Of a DNA stretch of 64,000 nt, positions 8,744 through 18,925 are shown one piece after another. The translations under genes and the position numbers were made by a program. The stretch's first letter is position 1. Each line of letters opens with the position of its first letter. The notes beneath the pieces were generated by a model that saw only the letters and a program-made list of their open reading frames with translations, made no database searches and had not been told where the DNA came from. The stretch is from Rickettsia sp. GTDB taxonomy: Bacteria; Pseudomonadota; Alphaproteobacteria; Rickettsiales; UBA1997. The DNA is taken from positions 983 to 64,982 of the forward strand of contig JAYPPA010000010.1 in assembly GCA_038131245.1 (NCBI GenBank), written 5' to 3'.

Positions 8744-11259
8744 TATATTCCCATTGGGCTTTCATCTTCCATTAATCGCCCCTCACCCTTAACTTCTTCT
8801 TTATTAGATCTAAACTTAAAGATGCTATCATTATCATCATTTGATAATATTTTATACACATCATCAGTTTCTCTAAATGCCTCAAAGAATAGGTTTCTTT
8901 TATCGGTATTATATTTTGGAAGCTTGCCGGTTAATCTATCTATTTTAACAAATTTTATCGATGGTGGCACTCTAAATGGAGTTGATGGGGTATTTTTAAG
9001 TGCGCTTTTCATAAAATCATTAAATATAGGTAAAGCAATAGAAGATCCAGTCTCATATTTCCCTAGATTCTTTGGTTGATCAAATCCTACATAAACTCCA
9101 ACAATTAAATCTGGGGTAAATCCAACAAACCATGAATCGTAAGAATTGTTTGTTGTTCCAGTTTTTCCACCAATTATTCTACCTACGGATCTAGCTTTTC
9201 TTGCGGTTCCTCTCTCCACAACGCCTTGAAGCATATATGTAATTTGATAAGAGCTAGCCTCATCAAGCAACCTATCTCTTTCATTTATAAGGTCAGGGAA
9301 AAAGTCTTTATTTTCTATGGCATTATCTATTTGACAGCTTGGGCAGCTTCTGTCGTCTCTTTTGTATATTGTTTTTCCAGATCTATCTTGGATTTTCTCG
9401 ATCATAGACGGTTCAATCTTATAACCACCATTTATCATTATTGAATAGGCCCTGATAAGCTTCATAAGGCTGGTTTCGGTTGACCCTAAAACTAAAGAGT
9501 GAATAATCTTTGGATCTTCATTGACCCCTAAATCTTTAACCATTTTTGCAACCTTATCAAGACCAATTTGATCAGCCATTCTAACAGTGGTTACATTTCT
9601 TGACTTCTCAAGGCCGGTTCTTAAGGTTGTTGGGCCGTAAAATTCTCCAGAATAGTTACTTGGGCTGTATGGAGGTAAATCATCTCCTTGATCTAAGGTA
9701 ATTGGCTCATCTACTATTATAGATGCTGGGGTCATACCATTTTCCAGAGCAGTTAAATAGCCAAAGGTCTTCATGGTTGAGCCAGGCTGTCTACTTGCCT
9801 GAATGGCTCTGTTAAATTGATTTGGCAGATCTATATAACCACCCATCATGGCCAAAACCCTTCCAGTGTGAGGGTCCATAACTAATATAGCCCCGTTAAC
9901 TTCTGGAATTTGCCTCAAGGAATACTCCTCGGTAACTTCTATATCAGATGTTATCATTTTGTCTTCCGATATTAGGTCTTCGTTTATGGATCTTTCAACC
10001 ATTATGATGTCTCCAACATCAAAAACATCATCCGCTTTTCTAATTGGAGGACCAACCTTGTCAACTTCAATATATTTTGTTGCCCAAGTAATATCTTCTA
10101 GAGAGATTGTGCCGATTTTTGACTCTTCAGTAAAGATAAATGCACGATCTTTTTCTAAGGATGTTACGATGGCTTTTTTCCAGGAGGGGTCGTGGGCCTT
10201 TTCTGGGTCAAACTCATTTAAGAGTTCGACAATTTCCTCGTCAGTTTTATCCTTGAAGTTCTTGACATTCTTTAATGCTCCCCGGTAACCATGTCTTCTG
10301 TCATAGCTTTCTATTCCTGTTTTTATAGCCTGGTTTGCATATTTTTGATATTCAGAATTTAGCGTTGTTCGAACAAATATACCATTTTCAAATACATCGT
10401 CTGATCCATATAATTTAGTAAGTTCTGATTTTACTGAATCTGCAAAATAATCAGCTTGAGCAATATCTTTGTCATTTTTAGATAGTTTGAGCACTATTGG
10501 CTTTTCTTTGGCGGCCTTTTCCTGTTCAAGAGTTATAAACCCTTCGTCATACATTCTAGAAATTACCCAGTCTCTTCTGATTTTTGCTTTTGCAATATTT
10601 TTTCTTGGATCTAATTTTGAAGGAGCCTTAGGTAGCGTTGCCAGCAAAGCATATTCCTCGATCTCTAGGTCGTCTAGTGATTTATCAAAATAGACTTCTG
10701 ATGCTGCTGCTACTCCGTAGGATCCAGATCCAAGATATATTTGATTTAGATATAATTCTAGTATTTTTTCTTTTTCAAATTCTTTAGTAATTCGAATTGC
10801 TAATATTGCTTCTTTTATTTTTCTTTCAATGGTCCTCTCTTTTGTTAAGAGAAAGTTTTTTACTACCTGTTGAGTTATTGTTGAAGCACCACCCATCCTT
10901 TCTGAACCTGCAAATACGAAAGAAATAGTATTTTTTATAGCAGTTCTAAAAATCGCTAATATATCTATGCCAGAATTTCTATAAAAAGAAGAATCTTCAG
11001 CAGCAATGAAAGCATTTTTGAGGTCCTGAGACATCATTTCTATTGGAATAAAAACCCTTTTTTCTTTAGAATATTCGCTTATCAATTTTCCATCGGCAGC
11101 ATATAACCTTGTTGTAATTATCGGCTCGTAATCACGAAGCGATTCATAGTTTGGAAGGTCTTTAATGTTTTTACTTATTAAATATATTATAAATACCCCT
11201 ATAGCTATAGCAAACAGCATTCCGGAAATTACAATATATTTAACTAATTTTTTTTTCAT
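8740..11259 (-). CDS. mrcA: penicillin-binding protein 1A (class A, glycosyltransferase + transpeptidase)
   Basis: 839 aa with GT51 motifs (EDSSFYRNSG, GASTITQQ, RKIKE) and transpeptidase motifs STMK, SRN, KTGTT. Confidence 0.9.
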   Translation of the reverse strand: MKKKLVKYIVISGMLFAIAIGVFIIYLISKNIKDLPNYESLRDYEPIITTRLYAADGKLISEYSKEKRVFIPIEMMSQDLKNAFIAAEDSSFYRNSGIDILAIFRTAIKNTISFVFAGSERMGGASTITQQVVKNFLLTKERTIERKIKEAILAIRITKEFEKEKILELYLNQIYLGSGSYGVAAASEVYFDKSLDDLEIEEYALLATLPKAPSKLDPRKNIAKAKIRRDWVISRMYDEGFITLEQEKAAKEKPIVLKLSKNDKDIAQADYFADSVKSELTKLYGSDDVFENGIFVRTTLNSEYQKYANQAIKTGIESYDRRHGYRGALKNVKNFKDKTDEEIVELLNEFDPEKAHDPSWKKAIVTSLEKDRAFIFTEESKIGTISLEDITWATKYIEVDKVGPPIRKADDVFDVGDIIMVERSINEDLISEDKMITSDIEVTEEYSLRQIPEVNGAILVMDPHTGRVLAMMGGYIDLPNQFNRAIQASRQPGSTMKTFGYLTALENGMTPASIIVDEPITLDQGDDLPPYSPSNYSGEFYGPTTLRTGLEKSRNVTTVRMADQIGLDKVAKMVKDLGVNEDPKIIHSLVLGSTETSLMKLIRAYSIMINGGYKIEPSMIEKIQDRSGKTIYKRDDRSCPSCQIDNAIENKDFFPDLINERDRLLDEASSYQITYMLQGVVERGTARKARSVGRIIGGKTGTTNNSYDSWFVGFTPDLIVGVYVGFDQPKNLGKYETGSSIALPIFNDFMKSALKNTPSTPFRVPPSIKFVKIDRLTGKLPKYNTDKRNLFFEAFRETDDVYKILSNDDNDSIFKFRSNKEEVKGEGRLMEDESPMGIY

Positions 11260-11311
11260 ATCTATAAAATGGTATTTCTTTAATTCTATTATTTATCAAT
11301 TATAATGTCCA

Positions 11312-12439
11312 TTAATTTTTGAATTTAAAATATTCATCTATTGCATTTTGTATGCCTTTTACAACCTTTCTCTTATGGTGAATGTTGTTAAGCTGCTTTT
11401 CTTCAGATTTATTTGTCAAATAACCAAGCTCAATCAATATAGACACCATATCAGGAGCCGTAAGTACTGCGAATCCAGCAAATCTGTGGGTATTATGTAT
11501 TGTTTTAATATTTTGCCCCTGAATAGTATTAATTGCTAAATTTGCAAACCTAGAGGAATGATTCATGGCATTTCTTTGAGAAAGGTCAATCAAAGTTCGC
11601 GCAATATCTTGATGAGTGCCTTTAAAAGTCATACCAGCTATTGCTCCTGACATATTTTCTCTTGCAGCTAACTTTTCTGCCTCTTTATCTGAAGCTGTCT
11701 CAGATAAAGTATAGACCGAAAAGCCCTGGGCCCTTCTATTTGGAGACGAATTGGCATGTAAAGATATAAATAAATCGGCATTTAATTTTCGAGCTTTTTC
11801 TACCCTAAATTTTAAGGAAATAAACTTATCATTGTCTCTTGTTAAATATACCTTATATTTTCCAGTTCTTTTTAAAGATTTGTACAATTCTTTAGCATAT
11901 GATAAGGTTATTATTTTTTCTTTGGTTCTTAAATACCTACCAAGCGCCCCTGGGTCTTTTCCTCCATGTCCAGCATCAATAACTATAATTGGCTTAGATT
12001 TTTTCTTTTCGTAAGATTGTGAGGTTTTTTGCGCAAAGCTTTGCGAAGATATTTTACTGCTATCTGAAGTTATAATTGTGATTTTACCATATTTGTCGCC
12101 CCTTAATTTTGTGTATGAGGAGGAGCTTATGTTAATTGGCTTACTTAAATCAAAGACTATTCTAACTTTATTGGGATCGCTTGAGAATCTGACTGATTTT
12201 ACATTTTTGATATATTTAGGTGTTTTAATTCCAGAACCGCTAGCATCAAATATATCAACAACAATTCGATCAGGATTTTTTAGCGAAAATACTTTAAATC
12301 GAGTTTTTTTACTTACCTCTACATATAATCTATTGGAGTTTGTATAGCCGATTTTTTCGATATAGGCTTTGGCGTAGGAAGTGCTATGCGAAGCCAATAG
12401 TGCAAAAAATACTACTGTAATTAATCTAAATAAACCCAT
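11312..12439 (-). CDS. amiC: N-acetylmuramoyl-L-alanine amidase with AMIN domain (AmiC-like)
   Basis: 375 aa with a signal peptide, an AMIN-like N-domain (RIVVDI..VRIVFDL) and an Amidase_3 core (VIDAGHGGKDPGA, SLHANS). Confidence 0.85.
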   Translation of the reverse strand: MGLFRLITVVFFALLASHSTSYAKAYIEKIGYTNSNRLYVEVSKKTRFKVFSLKNPDRIVVDIFDASGSGIKTPKYIKNVKSVRFSSDPNKVRIVFDLSKPINISSSSYTKLRGDKYGKITIITSDSSKISSQSFAQKTSQSYEKKKSKPIIVIDAGHGGKDPGALGRYLRTKEKIITLSYAKELYKSLKRTGKYKVYLTRDNDKFISLKFRVEKARKLNADLFISLHANSSPNRRAQGFSVYTLSETASDKEAEKLAARENMSGAIAGMTFKGTHQDIARTLIDLSQRNAMNHSSRFANLAINTIQGQNIKTIHNTHRFAGFAVLTAPDMVSILIELGYLTNKSEEKQLNNIHHKRKVVKGIQNAIDEYFKFKN

Positions 12440-12441
12440 TT

Positions 12442-14196
12442 TTACTTTAATTGATTAACTTTCTGCATAATATTTGCAAATAATATTGCTGGCAAAGACC
12501 CCCCTGTAATGCCTTTAGTAGGAGTCCCGTCATCATTTCCAATCCAAACCCCAATAGCAACATCCTCATTTAAACCAATAAACCAAGCATCTCGATTATT
12601 TTGCGAAGTGCCAGTTTTTCCCATGATTTTAACATTTTCAACTCTGGCTTTTACTCCAGTTCCTTGCTCTATAACGCTTTGCAAAGAGCTTTTGATATAT
12701 TTTAGGGATCTATTTGATATTAACCTTGGCAATCCAGAAGATTCCTTGCTGTATAAATTTCCAAAATTTTCATCTTCAATTTTTATAATTGAACTAGGAA
12801 TAACCGCAGATCCATTGTTTATTATAGCAGCATACGCACAAGTCATATTAAGCAAGCTATCTTCAAAAGATCCAAGTGAAGATGTTAAGTCCAAAGATCC
12901 TGGATCTAAATCAACTCCCATTTTATTAGCAAATTTTGCAATATTTTTTACACCAAGCTCTTTGGAAAGTTGAATGGACACAGAATTAAGAGAATTTGAA
13001 AAAGCATTTAACAAATTAACTTTGCCGCGATATTTATCATCGTAATTTTTTGGTTCCCAGCCATCAGCAAATTCTAATTTTTTATCTTCTATTTTATCAT
13101 TTGGAGTAAATCCATTTTCAAATGCGTATAGATAGATAAAAGTTTTATACAAAGAGCCAATTTGTCTTTTTGCATATATTGCTCGGTTAAATTGACTTTT
13201 CTGATAATCCTTACCACCGGACATAGCCTTAATTGATCCATTTTTATCAACTACTACAACAGATATTTCGGCTCCGTCCATGGTCTTTTCATAACTTGCA
13301 AGAAAAATATTTAGCTCATTTTCGACTATATTTTGAAAATCCTCATCTAGCGTTGTTTGGATATTAACCTTTTCATAATTACCGGATTTAGCATATTGAC
13401 GATAATTCTTATAAACATAATCTGCAAAATAAAACTTCTGAAGTCTATTTTTTTTATAAGTTACCGGACTACTTATCGATTCTTGATAGCTGTTGGCATC
13501 TATAAACTTAGAGTTTATCATTTTTTCGAGTACTAAATCCGCCCTTTGATTAGCTATATCTCTATTTGCGACATTTGATAATGTTGAAGGCGCTTTTAGC
13601 AAAGCTGCTAACAAAGTTGACTCTTTTAAGGATATCTCAGAAACATCCTTACCAAAATAATATTTTGAAGCAGCCGAAACCCCGTAATTGCCAGATCCAA
13701 AATAAGTATTATTTAAATATAGGGTTATTATCTGTTCTTTTGTTAAGGCAGATTCTAGTCTGAAGGCTAGTATTAATTCCTTAATTTTCCTTTTCATCTT
13801 TTTTTCAGGTCCTAAAAATAGAATTTTTGCAAGTTGTTGAGTTATAGTACTTCCGCCCTGAACAATTTTACCAGATTGATGATTAACTGAAAAAGCTCTT
13901 ATAATTCCCTTTAAATCAAAGCCCTTATGGTTGAAAAAATTCTGATCTTCAACTGCTATAACAGCATTTATTAAATGAGTAGGCAGCTCGTAAAATTCCG
14001 CTTTAGATCGATTAGAACTACCATATCTGGTTATCTGATTACCATTAGAATAGTTAATTTGCACAACTTTTTCAGACCTCGAATCTAGATAATCTTGAAT
14101 ATTTGGCAGGTCGTAACCATAGTAAATATAGCCAAGCATCACCAAAATCGACAAAAATACCAGAAAAAAGCCTATAAATTTAGCTATAAATCGCAC
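12442..14196 (-). CDS. second class A penicillin-binding protein (bifunctional)
   Basis: 584 aa, GTG start. GT51 motifs (EDQNFFNHKG, GGSTITQQ, RKIKE) and transpeptidase motifs SLYK, SNS, KTGTS. Confidence 0.85.
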   Translation of the reverse strand: MRFIAKFIGFFLVFLSILVMLGYIYYGYDLPNIQDYLDSRSEKVVQINYSNGNQITRYGSSNRSKAEFYELPTHLINAVIAVEDQNFFNHKGFDLKGIIRAFSVNHQSGKIVQGGSTITQQLAKILFLGPEKKMKRKIKELILAFRLESALTKEQIITLYLNNTYFGSGNYGVSAASKYYFGKDVSEISLKESTLLAALLKAPSTLSNVANRDIANQRADLVLEKMINSKFIDANSYQESISSPVTYKKNRLQKFYFADYVYKNYRQYAKSGNYEKVNIQTTLDEDFQNIVENELNIFLASYEKTMDGAEISVVVVDKNGSIKAMSGGKDYQKSQFNRAIYAKRQIGSLYKTFIYLYAFENGFTPNDKIEDKKLEFADGWEPKNYDDKYRGKVNLLNAFSNSLNSVSIQLSKELGVKNIAKFANKMGVDLDPGSLDLTSSLGSFEDSLLNMTCAYAAIINNGSAVIPSSIIKIEDENFGNLYSKESSGLPRLISNRSLKYIKSSLQSVIEQGTGVKARVENVKIMGKTGTSQNNRDAWFIGLNEDVAIGVWIGNDDGTPTKGITGGSLPAILFANIMQKVNQLK

Positions 14197-14264
14197 TTTT
14201 ATCTTTAAATTAAATTAGAAATATATTATAATATATAATACTATATGAAAATATTTAAAATTAA

Positions 14265-15110
14265 ATGAAAAAATATACATTAATAGACAATAATATTGTC
14301 GACAAAGATTTAGCGCATATTTCAAGCGAAGATCGCGCTTTTCGCTTTGGAGACTCGACATTTCAAACTGTCAAAATACATAATTCAACTTTATATGACC
14401 TTGATAGCTATTTAAAGAGACTGTCTGATGCATCTAAAACTTTAAAATTCGACTTTAATTTTGACCACGATTCTTTAAAAAAGAAACTAAATGAATTGGT
14501 ATTAAAAAACTCTATAAAAAATGGAGTTTTAAGAATCAACCTATCCAGAGGAAGCGGCTCAATGGGGTACTTACCCTCTAAAAAAACCAAAGCATCCTTA
14601 GTCGCAAACTGCTATGATACAACCTTAAATAAAAACAACAAGGACATTATCGGCATTAGCGACACCTACCTTTGGGACTTGCCCCTAGAATTTGCTAAAA
14701 TTAAAAATTCTAGATCAATGAATTACATTATGGCCAAAATATCTGCCAATCAAAAAGGTCATTATGATGATATAATATTAACCAAAAAAGGTGAAGTAGC
14801 AGAATGCTCGTCTTCAAACATATTTTGGATAAAAAATTCGACTATTTATACTTCATCTGAAAAGTGCGGTATATACCCCGGTCACATTAGAGAAAAACTA
14901 ATTAGCAATAAAAACTTAAAAATAAGCCTCGCAACAGGAACTTTGGGTGATATAATAAATAGCGACGAAATATTTTTAACTAATTCCAATATTTTGGTTA
15001 AACCAATAAAAAAGCTAACAATAAATGGTGAATCTTACGATAAAAAAGTTGATATATCAAATCAAATATTTTCTTATATCACTGAGGATTTAGAAAAATA
15101 TTGCAAATAA
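14265..15110 (+). CDS. pabC: aminodeoxychorismate lyase / class IV aminotransferase fold
   Basis: 281 aa, class IV fold strings (AECSSSNIFWIKN). Abuts pabB with a 0-nt gap. Confidence 0.7.
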   Translation: MKKYTLIDNNIVDKDLAHISSEDRAFRFGDSTFQTVKIHNSTLYDLDSYLKRLSDASKTLKFDFNFDHDSLKKKLNELVLKNSIKNGVLRINLSRGSGSMGYLPSKKTKASLVANCYDTTLNKNNKDIIGISDTYLWDLPLEFAKIKNSRSMNYIMAKISANQKGHYDDIILTKKGEVAECSSSNIFWIKNSTIYTSSEKCGIYPGHIREKLISNKNLKISLATGTLGDIINSDEIFLTNSNILVKPIKKLTINGESYDKKVDISNQIFSYITEDLEKYCK

Positions 15111-16442
15111 ATGAAAAAAATAACTTCTAAAAATTGGATAGATCCAGATGATTTTGCAAGCCTAGTTGCAAGCAACTATACGGGCAATACATGGTCATAT
15201 TTAAAATCCGGACAGTTTAATGAAGTAAAATCCTCAAAATCGATAATTTTACTATTTGAAAAAGAGGAAATTATAGGCAAAGATCTTGACTTTTTAGTAA
15301 AAAACAAACTAAAAAGCAGCCACAATAAAAACTACCAAGATGGCTATTTAACGCTGTTATCATATGAATATAATCAAAAAATCGAAGCAAAATATTTACA
15401 ATCAAAAGAATCTTTTATCGAACTTCCCGTCTCATTATTTATAAAATTCTCAGTTATTTACGAATTTGATCATGACAAAAAAAAGCTGGCTATATACTAT
15501 GATGACAAGAAATACCTGGACGAAATTAGTCGCTTTTCAAAAGCGCCAAAAAACGCCAAGTTTAAAAACCCTACCCTTAAAGACATTAATTCAAATTTTT
15601 CATATGATGAATATTACCAAGCAATAGAAAATATTCAAGACAAAATAAGGGACGGCGTCTGCTATCAAAGTAACCTAACCAGAAAATTTTTCGGCCATTT
15701 CGTCCAAAAACCAAACCAACAAGAATCCTTAGGCGCCTTCTTGGAATTATCAAAAGAAAACCCCGCAAACTATTCTTGCTTCGTAAAATACCACAACAAA
15801 TACATCCTATCAAACAGCCCAGAACTATTCATAAAATCAAGAGCAAATACCGTGACATCACAGCCAATAAAAGGCACCTCTTCAAGATCGAAAAACTTTA
15901 TAATTGATTTTTTCAACAAAAAATACCTAACTTTTAGCAAAAAAGAACGGGCTGAAAATTTGATGATCACCGATCTTGTAAGAAACGATTTGTCGCTATT
16001 TTCCGACCCTGGATCTGTCTTTGTAGACAATCTTTTTAAGGTTGACAGCCACAATTCCTACCACCATTTATCAACCATAGTAAAGTCAAAATTATCCAAA
16101 AATAAAGATATTGCAGCTATCATAAAAGGCGCATTTCCGCCTGCTTCAATGACTGGCACCCCAAAAATCTCAGCCGCCAATGTTGCGTGCAGTCTAGAAA
16201 ACATGAAAAGAGGCATATATAGCGGTACAATAGGCCTTATAAATGGCAAAAAAGAAGCTAATTTATCGGTTGTTATTAGAACAATTATTATTGAAAATGA
16301 CAAGTTCGAATTTCAGGTCGGAGGCGCTATAACCATTGATTCTAAGCCCCACAAAGAGATCCAGGAAACCTTCACTAAGGCTAAAAAAATATGTAAAATT
16401 TTAAGCATAAAAAGCTTAAAAAATATTGACAAAAAAGTCTAA
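15111..16442 (+). CDS. pabB: aminodeoxychorismate synthase component I
   Basis: 443 aa chorismate-binding enzyme strings (SPELF, PIKGT, ERAENLMITDLVRNDL, GAFPPASMTG, GGAIT). Confidence 0.8.
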   Translation: MKKITSKNWIDPDDFASLVASNYTGNTWSYLKSGQFNEVKSSKSIILLFEKEEIIGKDLDFLVKNKLKSSHNKNYQDGYLTLLSYEYNQKIEAKYLQSKESFIELPVSLFIKFSVIYEFDHDKKKLAIYYDDKKYLDEISRFSKAPKNAKFKNPTLKDINSNFSYDEYYQAIENIQDKIRDGVCYQSNLTRKFFGHFVQKPNQQESLGAFLELSKENPANYSCFVKYHNKYILSNSPELFIKSRANTVTSQPIKGTSSRSKNFIIDFFNKKYLTFSKKERAENLMITDLVRNDLSLFSDPGSVFVDNLFKVDSHNSYHHLSTIVKSKLSKNKDIAAIIKGAFPPASMTGTPKISAANVACSLENMKRGIYSGTIGLINGKKEANLSVVIRTIIIENDKFEFQVGGAITIDSKPHKEIQETFTKAKKICKILSIKSLKNIDKKV

Positions 16443-16454
16443 TAGTGTTATAAT
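16426..16454 (+). promoter_or_regulatory. consensus sigma70 promoter TTGACA-17-TATAAT, no gene within about 460 bp
   Basis: TTGACA at 16426-16431, 17-nt spacer ending in TGT, TATAAT at 16449-16454. Lies in the last codons of pabB. Confidence 0.55.
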
Positions 16455-16810
16455 GTAAATAGGATTTAAGGCTCTATTTTAAAGGTCTTTAGCTGATTAT
16501 TTATACTAATTTTATTAATACAGTTCTTGTATTTTTTGCTGAAATACAATTTTGATGCAAAATAATAGCAATTTTGTCTCGAAATCTTCTAGTCAAGATA
16601 AATATTAAGAAAAATTAGGTTATTTTTAGTCAACTTAGGCCCTTTATTTATATAGATCTTTTCATTATGACCCGCTATAGAGGCTTATTATGCAGTGTAG
16701 AATAAAACTGTAACACTGATATAGCCTTTATATTACTTGATCCATAAAAATATTAAAATTTTTTTAAAATATCTTATGGACAATTAGAAAGAAATAATTT
16801 AAAAATATAA

Positions 16811-16858
16811 ATACAACATATAGTATCTATTTTAAAGAAATAATACTATATTTAGTGT
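16811..16858 (+). promoter_or_regulatory. pair of NrdR-box-like palindromic sites upstream of nrdA
   Basis: ATACAACATATAGTAT (16811-16826) and ATACTATATTTAGTGT (16843-16858) are near reverse complements. They lie 32 bp apart start to start and partly match the NrdR box (acaCwAtATaTwGtgt). Confidence 0.5.
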
Positions 16859-16916
16859 TAACAATTTAGTAAGATCACAAATGTTGTTTTTATATTAAAG
16901 TTATATTTGATACATT

Positions 16917-18833
16917 ATGTCAGTAAAAAAGAAGAAAAATACAAAGAATACATCCGAAAGCTCATCAAAAAAGGTTGATAATGTGATTTCTATCGAAGAG
17001 CATAGAAATACAAAAACCGTTAAGATTGATAAATCTAAGGATAACAAGCTAACTGATTTTGGAAAAGCCGTATTGCGAGACAGATATCTAATGCCTGGTG
17101 AAGATTTCCAGGACCTATTTGCAAGATCCGCAGTCGCCTACTCCGACAATCAAGAACATGCTCAAAGAATTTACGATTACATCTCAAATCTTTGGTTCAT
17201 GCCAGCAACCCCAGTTCTTAGCAATGGCGGAACGAAAAGAGGCTTGCCAATCTCATGCTTTTTAAATGAAGTTGACGACTCTTTGCATGGAATTGTTAAT
17301 TTATGGAATGAAAATGTATGGCTTGCGTCTAATGGTGGCGGAATCGGAAGCTACTGGGGCAACTTAAGGTCAATCGGCGAAACCGTTAAAGGAAACGGCA
17401 AAACTTCTGGGATCGTTCCTTTCATCAAGGTCATGGATTCGCAAACATTAGCCATCTCACAAGGAAGCCTAAGAAGAGGCAGTGCAGCAGTCTACTTGCC
17501 GATAAATCACCCTGAAATCGAAGAGTTTATCGACCTTAGAAGACCAACTGGCGGAGATCCAAACCGTAGATCTTTAAACCTACATCACGGAGTTGTCATA
17601 ACTGATGACTTTATGCATGCAGTTGAAAAAAATGAAGAATACGCCCTAAAAAGTCCATATACTGGAGAAACACTTGAAAAAGTTTCAGCAAGAGCAATAT
17701 GGATCAAGCTACTAAACGCTAGAATTGAAACTGGAGAGCCTTACATGCTATTTATCGACCATGTCAATAAAGCAGTTCCAAAGCACCATAAAGAGCTTGG
17801 CTTAAAAGTAAAAACCTCCAACCTATGTAGCGAAATCACTTTAGCAACAGGAAAAGACCATCTTGGCAAGGAAAGAACGGCGGTTTGTTGCCTATCTTCA
17901 CTAAATCTTGAATATTATGACGAATGGAAGGATAATCCGCTTATAATTGAAGATATCATGAGATTCTTAGACAATGTCTTACAAGACTTTATCGACAACG
18001 CCCCGGACCAAATGTCTAAAGCGAAATACTCCGCCATGAGAGAAAGAAGCGTTGGACTTGGCGTTATGGGCTTAAACTCCTTCTTGCAATCTAAAAATGT
18101 AGCTATCGAATCAGCAATGGCAAAAGTTTGGAACAAAAAAATCTTCCAACACATCAAGCAACAAGTTGACGCGGCTTCAATCACTCTTGGAGAGGAAAAA
18201 GGCCCTTGCCCAGACGCAAAAGAAGTTGGCAGCAAAGAAAGATTCACCAATAAAATGGCAATCGCCCCTACTGCATCAATTTCAATTATTGCCGGAAACT
18301 CTTCTCCTGGAATTGAGCCATACGCAGCCAACACATTTACGCAAAAGACCCTTACTGGATCATTTAGTGTTAGAAATAAAAATCTACTTAAACTTTTAGA
18401 GCAAAAAGGTAGAAATTCTGAGGATGTGTGGTCTTCAATTACAATTAATGAAGGATCTGTGCAGCATCTTGACTTTTTGGATGATCATGAAAAAATGGTC
18501 TTCAAAACAGCTCCAGAAATCGATCAAAAATGGATAATTGACTTAGCAGCAGACAGGCAGGAATATATCTGCCAAGCTCAAAGTCTAAACCTATTTATGG
18601 CAGGAAATGTTTCTAAAAAAGATCTTCATGAGGCTCATTTTAGGGCATGGCAAAAAGGCGTGAAAAGCTTATATTACTGCAGATCTACCTCGATTCAAAG
18701 AGCCGATAAGGTGTCTAATAAAATTGAGGAAAATCTTCTCTCGGTCACATTAGGGGAAAATGCAAAGAAACAAAAGCTAGCCATGCAGACCCCAGAGGCT
18801 GACAAATATGAAGAATGCTTGGCATGTCAATAA
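16917..18833 (+). CDS. nrdA: ribonucleoside-diphosphate reductase large subunit
   Basis: 638 aa with catalytic strings (SNLCSEI, PTASIS) and a C-terminal Cys pair (CLAC). The N-terminus is Lys-rich with no recognisable ATP-cone. Confidence 0.85.
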   Translation: MSVKKKKNTKNTSESSSKKVDNVISIEEHRNTKTVKIDKSKDNKLTDFGKAVLRDRYLMPGEDFQDLFARSAVAYSDNQEHAQRIYDYISNLWFMPATPVLSNGGTKRGLPISCFLNEVDDSLHGIVNLWNENVWLASNGGGIGSYWGNLRSIGETVKGNGKTSGIVPFIKVMDSQTLAISQGSLRRGSAAVYLPINHPEIEEFIDLRRPTGGDPNRRSLNLHHGVVITDDFMHAVEKNEEYALKSPYTGETLEKVSARAIWIKLLNARIETGEPYMLFIDHVNKAVPKHHKELGLKVKTSNLCSEITLATGKDHLGKERTAVCCLSSLNLEYYDEWKDNPLIIEDIMRFLDNVLQDFIDNAPDQMSKAKYSAMRERSVGLGVMGLNSFLQSKNVAIESAMAKVWNKKIFQHIKQQVDAASITLGEEKGPCPDAKEVGSKERFTNKMAIAPTASISIIAGNSSPGIEPYAANTFTQKTLTGSFSVRNKNLLKLLEQKGRNSEDVWSSITINEGSVQHLDFLDDHEKMVFKTAPEIDQKWIIDLAADRQEYICQAQSLNLFMAGNVSKKDLHEAHFRAWQKGVKSLYYCRSTSIQRADKVSNKIEENLLSVTLGENAKKQKLAMQTPEADKYEECLACQ

Positions 18834-18835
18834 CT

Positions 18836-18925
18836 TCACAGGAAATCACCACTTTCTGGTTTGAGGAGATTGACAAATCAAAATGACTTACAAGATAATC
18901 TTGATTACGAGATTAAGCACATGAA
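18836..18925 (+). pseudogene. remnant of a DUF924-type gene (N-terminal fragment, stop/frameshift)
   Basis: Reads QEITTFWFEEIDKSK then TGA. After a 1-nt shift it reads DLQDNLDYEIKH. Together these mimic the DUF924 N-terminus (FWFee..W..kD..lD.eI), recalled from memory. Confidence 0.35.

Noticed and set aside
12509-12973. 154-aa plus-strand ORF. Similar nested ORFs occur inside known genes at 2000-2349, 4444-4692, 5626-5808, 7609-7839, 8822-10693, 11348-12347, 13566-13763 and 14408-14590. More occur at 15586-16303, 17915-18399, 20526-21225, 21778-22014, 22953-23234 and 29296-29496. Others occur at 32458-32733, 34347-34544, 35314-35559, 35737-35970, 37681-37890, 38742-38942 and 39124-39312. The rest occur at 41560-41818, 42773-42961, 44728-44943, 46929-47150, 47433-47651, 53523-53729 and 53861-54199.
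   Set aside because: Each overlaps a longer ORF that has clear family motifs, and none has a motif of its own.
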